Origin: a virus
Lineage: Duplodnaviria > Caudoviricetes
Virus record (IMG/VR): IMGVR_UViG_3300005805_000262
Coordinates: 1 to 33,602 of that record
Length of the DNA stretch: 33,602 nucleotides
Direction: 5' to 3' (one strand)
This document shows, one piece after another, positions 17,869 to 26,769 of the stretch. The translations under genes and the position numbers were made by a program. The stretch's first letter is position 1, and each line of letters opens with the position of its first letter. The notes under the pieces are model-generated. The model was not told the origin of the DNA. It did not search any database and saw only the letters and a program-made list of their open reading frames with translations.

Positions 17869-19827
17869 ATGCCGTTCCAATTATCTCCAGGAGTTGCGGT
17901 AGTCGAGAAAGACTTTTCAGCCATTGTTCCAGCAGTATCTAGTTCTGCAGGCGCATTTGCTGGAGTGTTCACATGGGGTCCCGTTTTAGATCCTGTTACA
18001 ATTACATCTGAAACTAATTTGGTTGAACGTTTTGGTAAACCAGTAGATTCAAATGCACAATCATTCTTTACAGCTGCAAATTTCCTTGCATACACAAACA
18101 ACTTATTAGTAAATCGCGTTGATACACAAACACATAGAAATGCAGTGGTAACGCAAACTGGTACAGTTACAGGTTTTACAATCACTGAAGATGGTGATTC
18201 ATATGTTACTGCTCCTGAAGTTACAATAGGAGCTCCAAACATTGCTGGTGGTGTTCAAGCAACAGCAACTGCAGTTCTTACAGGTGGATCAGTTACTGGT
18301 ATTACAATTACTAATCCAGGTTCTGGTTATACATCTGCTCCTTCAGTTACTATTGCGACGGGTCCAGGTACAGATGCTACTGCAACAGCTATTATTACAA
18401 CTGGCGGTATTAAAATTAATAACCAAGAAGCCTATACTTTATCATATAATGCTGGTGAAGGTGTAGTTGGCGAATGGGCTGCTAAATATCCAGGCTCATT
18501 AGGTAATTCATTAAAAGTTTCTATGGCTGATCAAACAACTTTTGATACATGGACTTATAAAGATCAATTTGATTCAGAACCAACTACTTCAGCATATGCT
18601 AGTGGTGTTGGTGGTTCAAATGATGAAGTTCATATCGTTGTTGTCGATGAAGACGGTCTATGGACAGGTGTTCCAGGTACAGTTTTAGAAAAATTTGCTT
18701 ATGTTTCTAAAGCTTCTGATGCTAAGAAAACAGATGGCACTAACAACTACTATAAAGATGTTGTAAATAGTCAATCTAGATATATCTGGTGGATGGACCA
18801 TCCTACAGCGCTTCTTACTACAGTTAACGGCACAGGTTCATCTGGTGTAAATTGGGGTTTAACAGCTGATGGTAAAGGATTTAAAGATCTTACTGCAGCT
18901 TTAACATCATCTTTATCTGGTGGTGTTGATGATCTTACACCAACAGATGGCGAACTACAAACGGCATGGCAATTATTTGTTAATGCAGAAGTATATGACA
19001 TCTCATTAATTCCGCTTGGTAAAGCTTCTTCAGTTGTTGCTACATATGTTATCAATAACGTTGCTGAAGTTCGTAAAGATTGCGTTGTATTTGTTTCTCC
19101 AGAAAATACAACTTCAGGTGATGTTATTATTGGTGCTGGTTCAGATGCTGTAAATGCTGTTGTTGCATATAGAAATGCATTACCAAGCACATCATATGCT
19201 GTTATGGATACTGGTTATAAGTATCAATATGACCGATATAATGACAAATATAGATATGTGCCTCTAAATGGTGACATTGCAGGTCTTTGTGCTCGTACAG
19301 ACTACACAAATGACCCATGGTGGTCTCCTGGCGGTTTAAACCGTGGACAAGTTAAAAATGTTGTTAGACTTGCTATTAACCCAGGTAAAACTGAAAGAGA
19401 CAATCTTTATAAAGCAGGCGTTAACCCAGTTGTTAACTTCCCTGGTCAAGGTACAGTTCTCTTTGGTGATAAAACACTTCTTGCTAAACCAAGTGCATTC
19501 GATCGTATCAACGTTCGTCGTTTATTCATCGTACTTGAAAAAGCTATCGCTACAGCTGCTAAGTATCAACTATTTGAGTTCAATGATTCATTCACAAGAG
19601 CTCAATTTAAGAACTTAGTTGAACCGTTCTTAAGAGACGTTCAAGGTCGTCGCGGTGTTACTGACTTCCGTGTTAAATGTGATGATACAAATAATACTGG
19701 TGAAGTTATTGACCGCAATGAGTTTGTTGCCGATATCTTTATTAAACCAGCTCGTTCCATTAACTTCATTACGCTTAACTTTGTTGCAGCAAGAACAGCA
19801 GTTAACTTCAGTGAAATTGGCGCGTAA
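17869..19827 (+). CDS. gp18: Contractile tail sheath protein gp18
   Basis: FQLSPGVAVVEKD, FTWGP, PLNGDIAGLCARTD, WWSPGGLNRG, FDRINVRRLF, FIKPARSINFITLNFVA. Confidence 0.97.
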   Translation: MPFQLSPGVAVVEKDFSAIVPAVSSSAGAFAGVFTWGPVLDPVTITSETNLVERFGKPVDSNAQSFFTAANFLAYTNNLLVNRVDTQTHRNAVVTQTGTVTGFTITEDGDSYVTAPEVTIGAPNIAGGVQATATAVLTGGSVTGITITNPGSGYTSAPSVTIATGPGTDATATAIITTGGIKINNQEAYTLSYNAGEGVVGEWAAKYPGSLGNSLKVSMADQTTFDTWTYKDQFDSEPTTSAYASGVGGSNDEVHIVVVDEDGLWTGVPGTVLEKFAYVSKASDAKKTDGTNNYYKDVVNSQSRYIWWMDHPTALLTTVNGTGSSGVNWGLTADGKGFKDLTAALTSSLSGGVDDLTPTDGELQTAWQLFVNAEVYDISLIPLGKASSVVATYVINNVAEVRKDCVVFVSPENTTSGDVIIGAGSDAVNAVVAYRNALPSTSYAVMDTGYKYQYDRYNDKYRYVPLNGDIAGLCARTDYTNDPWWSPGGLNRGQVKNVVRLAINPGKTERDNLYKAGVNPVVNFPGQGTVLFGDKTLLAKPSAFDRINVRRLFIVLEKAIATAAKYQLFEFNDSFTRAQFKNLVEPFLRDVQGRRGVTDFRVKCDDTNNTGEVIDRNEFVADIFIKPARSINFITLNFVAARTAVNFSEIGA

Positions 19828-19829
19828 CA

Positions 19830-19837
19830 TATAAATA
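19830..19837 (+). promoter_or_regulatory. T4-type late promoter TATAAATA (gp19)
   Basis: Exact consensus directly after the gp18 stop. Confidence 0.85.
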
Positions 19838-19863
19838 ATAAAGAGGATTAAAAAGGATAAAAT

Positions 19864-20460
19864 ATGGCAAACATTAGCGATTTTAAAGCACAACTAATTG
19901 GTGGCGGAGCCCGTCCTAATCAGTTTCGTGTTGACTTAACATTCCCTGCATATGTTGGCATTGGTGCTGCTATAGGTTTAAATGCACAATTTCTCTGTAA
20001 GTCAGCTCAATTGCCGGCTTCAACAGTTGAAAACATGCAAATCCTATATCGTGGTCGTCAAGTTAACTTTGCTGGTGAAAGATCATTTGCTCCATGGACA
20101 ATTTCTGTTTACAATGATACAACGTTTGCAATCAGAAACGCTATGGAAAGATGGTCTGACGGTGTTATGAATAATGCTCAAACAAATGGTCGTACTAACC
20201 CACGTGATTACCAAGTAGACTTATTGGTACATCAATTAGATCGTAATGGAGCTACTGTAAAAACTTACAAGTTCCATGATGCGTATCCAACAACGGTTGG
20301 TGCAATCACTGTTGACTATGATTCAAATAACCAAATAGAATTATTTGACGTTGAGTTTACTTACAACTACTGGACAAGTGATACAACTACTGGTGCTAGC
20401 GCGTTTGGCGTTAATGCTTCAGTTAATACTCCATTAGGTACATTCCCATTACCAGTTTAA
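19864..20460 (+). CDS. gp19: Tail tube protein gp19
   Basis: GGGARPNQFRV, FLCKSAQLPAS, AGERSFAPWT, QLDRNG, AYPT, IELFDVEFTYNYW. Confidence 0.95.
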   Translation: MANISDFKAQLIGGGARPNQFRVDLTFPAYVGIGAAIGLNAQFLCKSAQLPASTVENMQILYRGRQVNFAGERSFAPWTISVYNDTTFAIRNAMERWSDGVMNNAQTNGRTNPRDYQVDLLVHQLDRNGATVKTYKFHDAYPTTVGAITVDYDSNNQIELFDVEFTYNYWTSDTTTGASAFGVNASVNTPLGTFPLPV

Positions 20461-20498
20461 TCTGGATTGGGAATAAATTATAATATGAGAGGTTTATA

Positions 20499-22031
20499 AT
20501 GGAAATTTTCGGGTTTGAGATTAAAAAGAAGGAATTAAAAAGAACAGGGAGTGAGGTTGTTACTCCCTCTTCTGATGATGGTTCCACGCTAGTATCAACC
20601 CTTGGATCAGCCGCTGCCTATTATGGCATGACCGTTGACCTTGAGGGTGTTATTAAAAATGAAAATGATTTAATCAGACGCTATAGAGAAGTATCTCAAT
20701 ATGGCGACTGCGATAATGCTATTGAAGATATTGTTAATGAAGCTATTACAGCAAATTCTGATGAGAAATCTGTAGAAGTCGTATTAGACGATGTTAAGGT
20801 TTCTACATCAATTAAGAAACTAATTACTGACGAATTTGATAATATTCTTAAGTTATATAAGTTTGGTACTAAAGGGCATGATATTTTCCGTTCATGGTAT
20901 GTCGATGGAAGACTTTATTATCATATCTTATTAGATGAAACAAACCTTAAGAATGGTATTCAAGAATTACGATACGTAGATCCTCGCAAGATCCGTCGTA
21001 TTAAGAATATTAAAAAAGGTAAGAACGATAAAGGTATCGATGTTGTTAAGGCTATAGAAGAATACTATATCTATAATGACAAAGGTATTAACGAGAATAC
21101 AAGTCAGGGCGTAAAACTTAGTTTAGACTCAGTTATTTACTGTCCTTCTGGTTTAATTGATGCAAATAGTAACTCAATGTTGGGTTACCTTCACAAAGCT
21201 ATCAAGCCAGTAAATCAGTTGAAGATGATTGAAGATGCGTTAGTTATCTATCGTGTTTCAAGAGCTCCTGAACGCAGAATATTTTACATTGACGTAGGTA
21301 ACTTACCTAAGCTTAAAGCTGAACAATATGTTAATGATATTATGAACAAGTATCGAAATAAAGTTGTCTACGATGCAGCAACTGGCGAGATAAGAGACGA
21401 CAAGAAGCATCTATCCATGATGGAAGACTTCTGGATGCCAAGACGAGAAGGTGGTAAAGGTACTGAAATTACTACACTCGAAGGCGGTCAAAATCTCGGT
21501 CAGATCGAAGACATTCAATATTTCCAAAACAAATTATATCAATGCTTGAATGTACCTGTATCAAGAATGAGACCAGATCAAGGTTTCAGTTTAGGTAAAT
21601 CAAGCGAGATTACACGAGATGAAATTAAGTTCAATAAGTTTATTGAACGTATTAGACGTAAGTTTTCTATTTTATTTTCTGAAGCTCTAAGAGTTCAGTT
21701 AATAGCAAAACAGATTATTCGTCCGGATGAATGGGAAGCAATATCATATGATATTCGTTTTGACTTCCAGGAAGATAACCATTTTGCTGAAATGAAAGAT
21801 GCTGAGATCCTTAATAATCGCATCGATACATTAAATAGAATAGCTCCATACATTGGTCAATATTATAGTATGGAATACGTTAAAAGATTTATCTTAAAAC
21901 AATCTGACGAGGAAATCGAACAGATTGAAAAAGAGATGAAGCAAGAGCAGGAAATAATGGCTGCTATGCAACCACAACAACCTGGTGGATTACCTGATCA
22001 AGGTAATGGTCAACCAAACGGAGGATTTTAA
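20499..22031 (+). CDS. gp20: Portal vertex protein gp20
   Basis: WYVDGR, YLHKAIKPVNQLKMIEDALVIYRVSRAPERRIFYIDVGNLPK, EDFWMPRREGGKGTEITTL, EITRDEIKF. Confidence 0.97.
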   Translation: MEIFGFEIKKKELKRTGSEVVTPSSDDGSTLVSTLGSAAAYYGMTVDLEGVIKNENDLIRRYREVSQYGDCDNAIEDIVNEAITANSDEKSVEVVLDDVKVSTSIKKLITDEFDNILKLYKFGTKGHDIFRSWYVDGRLYYHILLDETNLKNGIQELRYVDPRKIRRIKNIKKGKNDKGIDVVKAIEEYYIYNDKGINENTSQGVKLSLDSVIYCPSGLIDANSNSMLGYLHKAIKPVNQLKMIEDALVIYRVSRAPERRIFYIDVGNLPKLKAEQYVNDIMNKYRNKVVYDAATGEIRDDKKHLSMMEDFWMPRREGGKGTEITTLEGGQNLGQIEDIQYFQNKLYQCLNVPVSRMRPDQGFSLGKSSEITRDEIKFNKFIERIRRKFSILFSEALRVQLIAKQIIRPDEWEAISYDIRFDFQEDNHFAEMKDAEILNNRIDTLNRIAPYIGQYYSMEYVKRFILKQSDEEIEQIEKEMKQEQEIMAAMQPQQPGGLPDQGNGQPNGGF

Positions 22032-22033
22032 TT

Positions 22034-22297
22034 ATGACACAAGGCGTACAAAATTTAATTTCAGCTATCGATTCAGGAGATGCTACAGCTATTGATGCAG
22101 CATTTAATGCAGAGATGGCAACTCGTATCTCTTCTAGACTAGAAGATATGAGAGTATCAGTAGCACAAAATATGTTTAAAGCTGAACAAACTTCAGAAAC
22201 AACTGATGTTGAAGACGAAAATGCTGAAGTAGAATTATCACAAGAAGATGAAACAGCTTTAAATCAACAAGTTGAAGCAGAAATAGAAGGCGTTTAA
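22034..22297 (+). CDS. Small acidic prohead core protein (gp67-position)
   Basis: Directly after the portal gene; helical N-terminus and Glu-rich C-terminus as in gp67-like proteins. Call is by synteny and composition only. Confidence 0.6.
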   Translation: MTQGVQNLISAIDSGDATAIDAAFNAEMATRISSRLEDMRVSVAQNMFKAEQTSETTDVEDENAEVELSQEDETALNQQVEAEIEGV

Positions 22298-22524
22298 TGT
22301 CAAAACTAGATGCATTAAGTTTAGGTCTTGATGCTTCATTAATTGAAGCAGCTAAGAAGTGTAATGAAAACGATCCATTAAATCCTTCTGGCGCAGGACC
22401 TGAGCGTCTATTATCAGCTGCTGGTAAGATTAACATTGCTGATGAGAAAAAGAAACAACTTAAAAAAGAAAACGATGATGCATTATTATCAATGAAACCT
22501 GGATATAATAAAAGCATACAATAA
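22297..22524 (+). CDS. Hypothetical small protein, possible internal head protein
   Basis: TAATG-coupled on both sides; LIE-A matches the gp21 L/I-x-E cleavage consensus. Confidence 0.6.
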   Translation: MSKLDALSLGLDASLIEAAKKCNENDPLNPSGAGPERLLSAAGKINIADEKKKQLKKENDDALLSMKPGYNKSIQ

Positions 22525-23081
22525 TGTACTTCGGACAATTTAGTAAAAAATTAACGCAAGATATTACTGGTGCTGAAATTACAGAGCAAGCACATAGTAA
22601 TGGTCATCTTATTGAAAAGACAGTTACAGGTACTGTTTTAATCGATAAAGAAAAGACATCGTTTCAAGATTTAGAGGAAGCAAGGCAATATTTAAGACAA
22701 AAATATTATACTAAAAATATAGAAGAACAAATTAAAACAGAGCTATACGACGAAATATCAGAAAATAAAATAGCAAATATTATTAAAGAACATCACGACA
22801 TAAAAGTTACAGATACTTTAATAGAGTCATATATAGAACTTGCTTCCTCTAAACTTTTTACTGTAGATCCTGTAGTACAGGAAATTAGAAACTTAAATAA
22901 ATTAGATAAACTAATTGAGGGTAAGATTGATTATAAGTTAGCAGATGGTAGTATTATTGCTATTAATGAAGATACCCAAGAACAACTAAATAACCTATTG
23001 GATAACCAACAGGAAATTATTGAGTATATGAGACAAAGTAAAGACAATTTTATCCATGTACTTAAGAAAATCGGAGAATAA
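22524..23081 (+). CDS. Hypothetical prohead-region protein
   Basis: Coupled ORF between gp20 and gp21; charged, with many I/L-x-E sites (ITE, LIE x3, ISE, INE). Confidence 0.65.
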   Translation: MYFGQFSKKLTQDITGAEITEQAHSNGHLIEKTVTGTVLIDKEKTSFQDLEEARQYLRQKYYTKNIEEQIKTELYDEISENKIANIIKEHHDIKVTDTLIESYIELASSKLFTVDPVVQEIRNLNKLDKLIEGKIDYKLADGSIIAINEDTQEQLNNLLDNQQEIIEYMRQSKDNFIHVLKKIGE

Positions 23082-23083
23082 AG

Positions 23084-23509
23084 ATGGCATTAAACGTAAC
23101 ATATCTTAAAAGAACAATTAATGAAGTCGTTGTTAAATTACAAGGTGCTTCTGATAACTCAACGATCGCATTAGCTGATCTGGTAGGTAGCAGAGATGCT
23201 CTAACTGCAGGTGGTACACCAAAGGTTAATATTGTAGGTATCATGGCTACAGGTTTATTAAGCTCTCAAGTTACTATCACAAGGAATAGTGTTGTGATTG
23301 CTTCAGTATCTCCTCAACATGGTGTTAATTTAAATCTTAAAGCTGAAGGTATATCTGATTCAGTTCAGAACGATCAAGCAATTAACGTGGCAATTTCAGG
23401 TGCTGCAGCACAAGTATACTTAACATTACGTAAAGTAGATGGTTATTCTCCAACTTCTGAATTAGCATTACGTGGTGCATACGATAACGAAGCAGCGGTA
23501 GGGAGCTAA
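23084..23509 (+). CDS. Hypothetical beta-rich protein upstream of gp21
   Basis: GGAG Shine-Dalgarno, tight packing; alternating hydrophobic strands; no family recognised. Confidence 0.65.
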   Translation: MALNVTYLKRTINEVVVKLQGASDNSTIALADLVGSRDALTAGGTPKVNIVGIMATGLLSSQVTITRNSVVIASVSPQHGVNLNLKAEGISDSVQNDQAINVAISGAAAQVYLTLRKVDGYSPTSELALRGAYDNEAAVGS

Positions 23510-23512
23510 TCA

Positions 23513-24163
23513 ATGAAACTTATTAAAGAACATACCGAAGAGGTAAAATACTTAGTTGAAGAAAAACTAGGTAAAGGCAAAGAATATTTTATTGAAGGTG
23601 TATTCCTCCAATCAAATTTAAAGAATCGTAACGGTCGCGTTTATCCAGTAGAAATACTTGACAACGAGGTCAAACGATATAACGATGAATATGTCAATAA
23701 GAATCGAGCTTTTGGTGAATTAGGTCATCCTGATTCTCCAACGATTAATCTTGATCGTGTATCTCATATGATTAAATCTTTACGTCGTGAAGGTGATAAC
23801 TTCATTGGTAAAGCTAAGATTATGGATACGCCATACGGCAAGATTGTTAAGTCTCTTATCGATGAAGGTGCAACACTTGGTGTTTCATCTCGTGGTATGG
23901 GTTCTTTAGATCGTAAAGGCGATATTGCTTATGTTGGTAAAGATTTCACTTTAGCGACAGCAGCGGACATCGTTGCTGACCCATCAGCCCCTAATGCTTT
24001 TGTTGAGGGTGTAATGGAGTCTAAAGAGTGGGTTATGGTCGATGGAAAGTTTGTGGAGAAAGACTTGCGCGAGGCTCAAGCTGCAATTAGAAAAGCTTCA
24101 AGCAAAAACTTAGAAGAAGCGAAGTTGAAGGTATTCATGAACTTCCTCGCAAAAATTAAGTAA
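23513..24163 (+). CDS. gp21: Prohead protease gp21
   Basis: MKLIKE, IEGVFLQ, NRNGRVYP, GELGHP (catalytic His), GVSSRGMGS (catalytic Ser), DIVADPSAP. Confidence 0.96.
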   Translation: MKLIKEHTEEVKYLVEEKLGKGKEYFIEGVFLQSNLKNRNGRVYPVEILDNEVKRYNDEYVNKNRAFGELGHPDSPTINLDRVSHMIKSLRREGDNFIGKAKIMDTPYGKIVKSLIDEGATLGVSSRGMGSLDRKGDIAYVGKDFTLATAADIVADPSAPNAFVEGVMESKEWVMVDGKFVEKDLREAQAAIRKASSKNLEEAKLKVFMNFLAKIK

Positions 24164-24164
24164 C

Positions 24165-24172
24165 TATAAATA
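24165..24172 (+). promoter_or_regulatory. T4-type late promoter TATAAATA (gp22-gp23)
   Basis: Exact consensus after the gp21 stop; AGGAG Shine-Dalgarno before ATG 24212. Confidence 0.85.
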
Positions 24173-24211
24173 ATATTAATATCTTAAAAAGATAAAAATA
24201 GGAGACTAAGA

Positions 24212-25327
24212 ATGTCAATCGAACAAAAAATTGCTCAGATGTTAGCTGAATCAAAGGCTAAAGAGTCTGATGCAGAAGAGATTGTTGAAGAAACAATCGA
24301 AGAAGCAAATAAGGTTGTAGCAAACGCTCAACCAGGTGACCAAGCGGTTATTAAACCTGCTGGTTCTATCAGTGCTCCTCCTGGCGGTGGTGGCTCTGGT
24401 AAAGAAGCATCTGGCGACCAAGCACCTATTCGTACAGCCGCTCAAGCTATCAACGGTCCAGCTGCAGTTTCTGGCGATAACGCTGATAATGCTAAGAACA
24501 ATGTACAAGATGAAGATGAAGCTGCTAACGGCGGTCCAGGTAAAAAGACCAACGCGGTTACTGCTAAAGCTTCATCAGGTGATCAAACAGCTATTCGTAC
24601 AGCTACTTCAGTTAAAGAAGATGTAGATGCTTTAATCAATGGTGAAGACCTCACAGAGGAATTCAAACAAAAAGCAGCTACAATTTTTGAAGCAGCTATC
24701 GTTAATCGTGTTAAAGAAGAAGTTGCACGTTTAGAAGAAGAATTTGAAGCACGTCTTGCAGAGCAAGCTGCTAAAAATCAAGAGGGTCTTGTTGAAAAAG
24801 TTGATGGATATCTCAACTACGTAGTTGAGTCGTGGATTAAACAAAATGAAATTGCCCTTGAAAGTGGTATGAAGTCTGAAATTTTAGAAGGTTTTGTATC
24901 TGGTCTTAAAGGTCTATTCGAAGAGCATTATATCGACATTCCTGAAGAAAAATTCGATGTATTAGGTGCTTTAGAAGAAGAAAATGCTGAGCTTCAAGCT
25001 AAGTTAGACGAACAAGTTGCTGCTAACGTTGAAATGGCGAAAGTCATTAACGAAGCAACACGTGAAGCTATCATTGCTGATACAGCAGACGGTCTTGCAG
25101 AAACTGATAAAGAAAAATTCTTTGGTTTAGCTGAAGAGTTAGCTTTTGAAGATGCAGAAACTTTTGAAAAGAAAGTTCAGACAATACGTGAAAGTTATTT
25201 CACAAACAAGACATCAACAATCGTTGAATCAGTAGTTACAGATACTCCAGTTGAAGTTTTAGCAGAAGAAAAAGCTGTTGATCCTTCAATCAAGAGATAT
25301 ATGTCTGCTCTCAACAACATTAAATAA
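24212..25327 (+). CDS. gp22: Prohead core scaffold protein gp22
   Basis: LTEEFKQKAATIFEAA, KVDGYLNYVVESW, GLKGLFEEHYIDIPEEK, IRESYF; acidic coiled coil; located between gp21 and gp23. Confidence 0.93.
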   Translation: MSIEQKIAQMLAESKAKESDAEEIVEETIEEANKVVANAQPGDQAVIKPAGSISAPPGGGGSGKEASGDQAPIRTAAQAINGPAAVSGDNADNAKNNVQDEDEAANGGPGKKTNAVTAKASSGDQTAIRTATSVKEDVDALINGEDLTEEFKQKAATIFEAAIVNRVKEEVARLEEEFEARLAEQAAKNQEGLVEKVDGYLNYVVESWIKQNEIALESGMKSEILEGFVSGLKGLFEEHYIDIPEEKFDVLGALEEENAELQAKLDEQVAANVEMAKVINEATREAIIADTADGLAETDKEKFFGLAEELAFEDAETFEKKVQTIRESYFTNKTSTIVESVVTDTPVEVLAEEKAVDPSIKRYMSALNNIK

Positions 25328-25337
25328 GGAAAATAAA

Positions 25338-26660
25338 ATGACATCTCGTCAAGACTTAGTTAAAAAGTGGGCACCGATTCTAGAACACGAATCATTACCC
25401 GCAATTAAAGATAACTACCGTAAGGAAGTTACTGCAGTTCTCTTGGAAAACCAAGAGCGCGAAATGCAAAAATCAGCAGAAGCTCTTTTCGAAGCTAGCC
25501 CAGTTAACTCTGGCGGTTCTGGCATCGGTTTAGGCGGCGCTGGTGCTGCTACAGGTACAGTTTCTGGTTTCGACCCAGTTCTTATCGCTCTCGTTCGTCG
25601 TGCTATGCCACAAATGATTGCATATGATATCTGCGGCGTTCAACCAATGACACAACCAACAGGTCTCATCTTTGCGATGAAATCTAAATACTCAACACAA
25701 GGTGGTTCAGAAGCGTTATTCAATGAAGCTTTAACAGGTTTCTCTGGTGACAACACAAACCACGTTGCAGCTGGTTCTGATTGGGCTCCTGCAACTAACG
25801 AAATCGGTCGCGGTATTACTACAGCAGCTGGTGAAGCATTAGGTCAAGGTGGTACAGGTGATGGTTCATTCAATCAAATGGCTTTCTCTATCGAGAAAAC
25901 TTCTGTAACAGCGAAAACACGTGCTCTTAAAGCTGAATACTCAATCGAGTTAGCTCAAGACTTGAAATCAGTTCATGGTTTAGATGCTGAAGGCGAATTA
26001 AGCAACATCCTTTCAACAGAAATCTTAGCTGAAATCAACCGTGAAGTTATTCGTACTCTTTACTACACAGCTAAAGTCGGTGCTCAAGTTGGTACTGCTA
26101 CAGCTGGTACTTTCGACTTAGACGTTGACTCTAATGGTCGTTGGTCTGTTGAAAAATTCAAAGGCTTATTGTTCCAAATCGAACGTGAAGCTAATGCGAT
26201 TGCTCAACAAACTCGTAGAGGTCGTGGTAACTTCATCCTTTGCTCTTCAGATGTTGCATCTGCATTAGCAATGGCTGGTGTTTTAGACTACGCTCCTGCT
26301 TTATCAACATCATTAAACGTTGACGAAGCTTCTACAACTTTCGCTGGTGTTCTCAATGGTAAGTACAAAGTGTATGTTGATCCATATACTGCTAACCAAG
26401 GTGCTACACAGTTCTTTACAGTTGGTTACAAAGGTACATCAGCATTTGATGCTGGTTTATTCTATTGCCCATACGTTCCTCTCCAATTGGTTCGTGCTGT
26501 TGATCCTAACAGCTTCCAACCAAAAATTGGCTTCAAGACACGTTATGGTCTAGTAGCTAACCCATTTGTTAACCTTGACGACGCAACATCAGGTCAAGAC
26601 AACTTAGCATCTGGTAAGAACTACTACTACAGAAAAGTTAGCGTAACTAACTTAATGTAA
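25338..26660 (+). CDS. gp23: Major capsid protein gp23 (start reassigned to ATG 25338)
   Basis: KKWAPIL, LLENQ, GVQPMTQPTGLIFAM, RALKAEYSIELAQDLKSVHGLDAE, FYCPYVPL, FQPKIGFKTRYG; TAAGGA Shine-Dalgarno before 25338. Likely maturation cleavage LFE/A after residue 52 (inference). Confidence 0.98.
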   Translation: MTSRQDLVKKWAPILEHESLPAIKDNYRKEVTAVLLENQEREMQKSAEALFEASPVNSGGSGIGLGGAGAATGTVSGFDPVLIALVRRAMPQMIAYDICGVQPMTQPTGLIFAMKSKYSTQGGSEALFNEALTGFSGDNTNHVAAGSDWAPATNEIGRGITTAAGEALGQGGTGDGSFNQMAFSIEKTSVTAKTRALKAEYSIELAQDLKSVHGLDAEGELSNILSTEILAEINREVIRTLYYTAKVGAQVGTATAGTFDLDVDSNGRWSVEKFKGLLFQIEREANAIAQQTRRGRGNFILCSSDVASALAMAGVLDYAPALSTSLNVDEASTTFAGVLNGKYKVYVDPYTANQGATQFFTVGYKGTSAFDAGLFYCPYVPLQLVRAVDPNSFQPKIGFKTRYGLVANPFVNLDDATSGQDNLASGKNYYYRKVSVTNLM

Positions 26661-26708
26661 TAGAAAGTTTTATACAATAAGATCCGTAAGGACGATGTAT
26701 AGTAAAAG

Positions 26709-26731
26709 AGGGAACTTCGGTTCCCTTTTTT
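26709..26731 (+). terminator. Rho-independent terminator after gp23
   Basis: AGGGAAC-TTCG-GTTCCCT stem with a cUUCGg tetraloop followed by a T run; an upstream A tract suggests it may be bidirectional. Confidence 0.93.
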
Positions 26732-26737
26732 ATTACA

Positions 26738-26745
26738 TATAAATA
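26738..26745 (+). promoter_or_regulatory. T4-type late promoter TATAAATA (gp3)
   Basis: Exact consensus just past the terminator, upstream of TAAGGA and ATG 26770. Confidence 0.85.
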
Positions 26746-26769
26746 GTATATACTAATAAGGAATTTACT

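Noticed and set aside
25278-25337. N-terminal extensions in the track for gp23 (also uvsW 27796, gp47 30477 and ORF 12678)
   Set aside because: They overlap upstream genes; downstream starts have a Shine-Dalgarno or stop-start coupling, and for gp23, uvsW and gp47 they match the family N-termini.
26675-26697. Resemblance of TCC-GTAA-GGACGA to hammerhead ribozyme stem II
   Set aside because: The catalytic core CUGANGA and GAAA are absent (CAAUAAGA / CGAUG), and there are no stems I and III.
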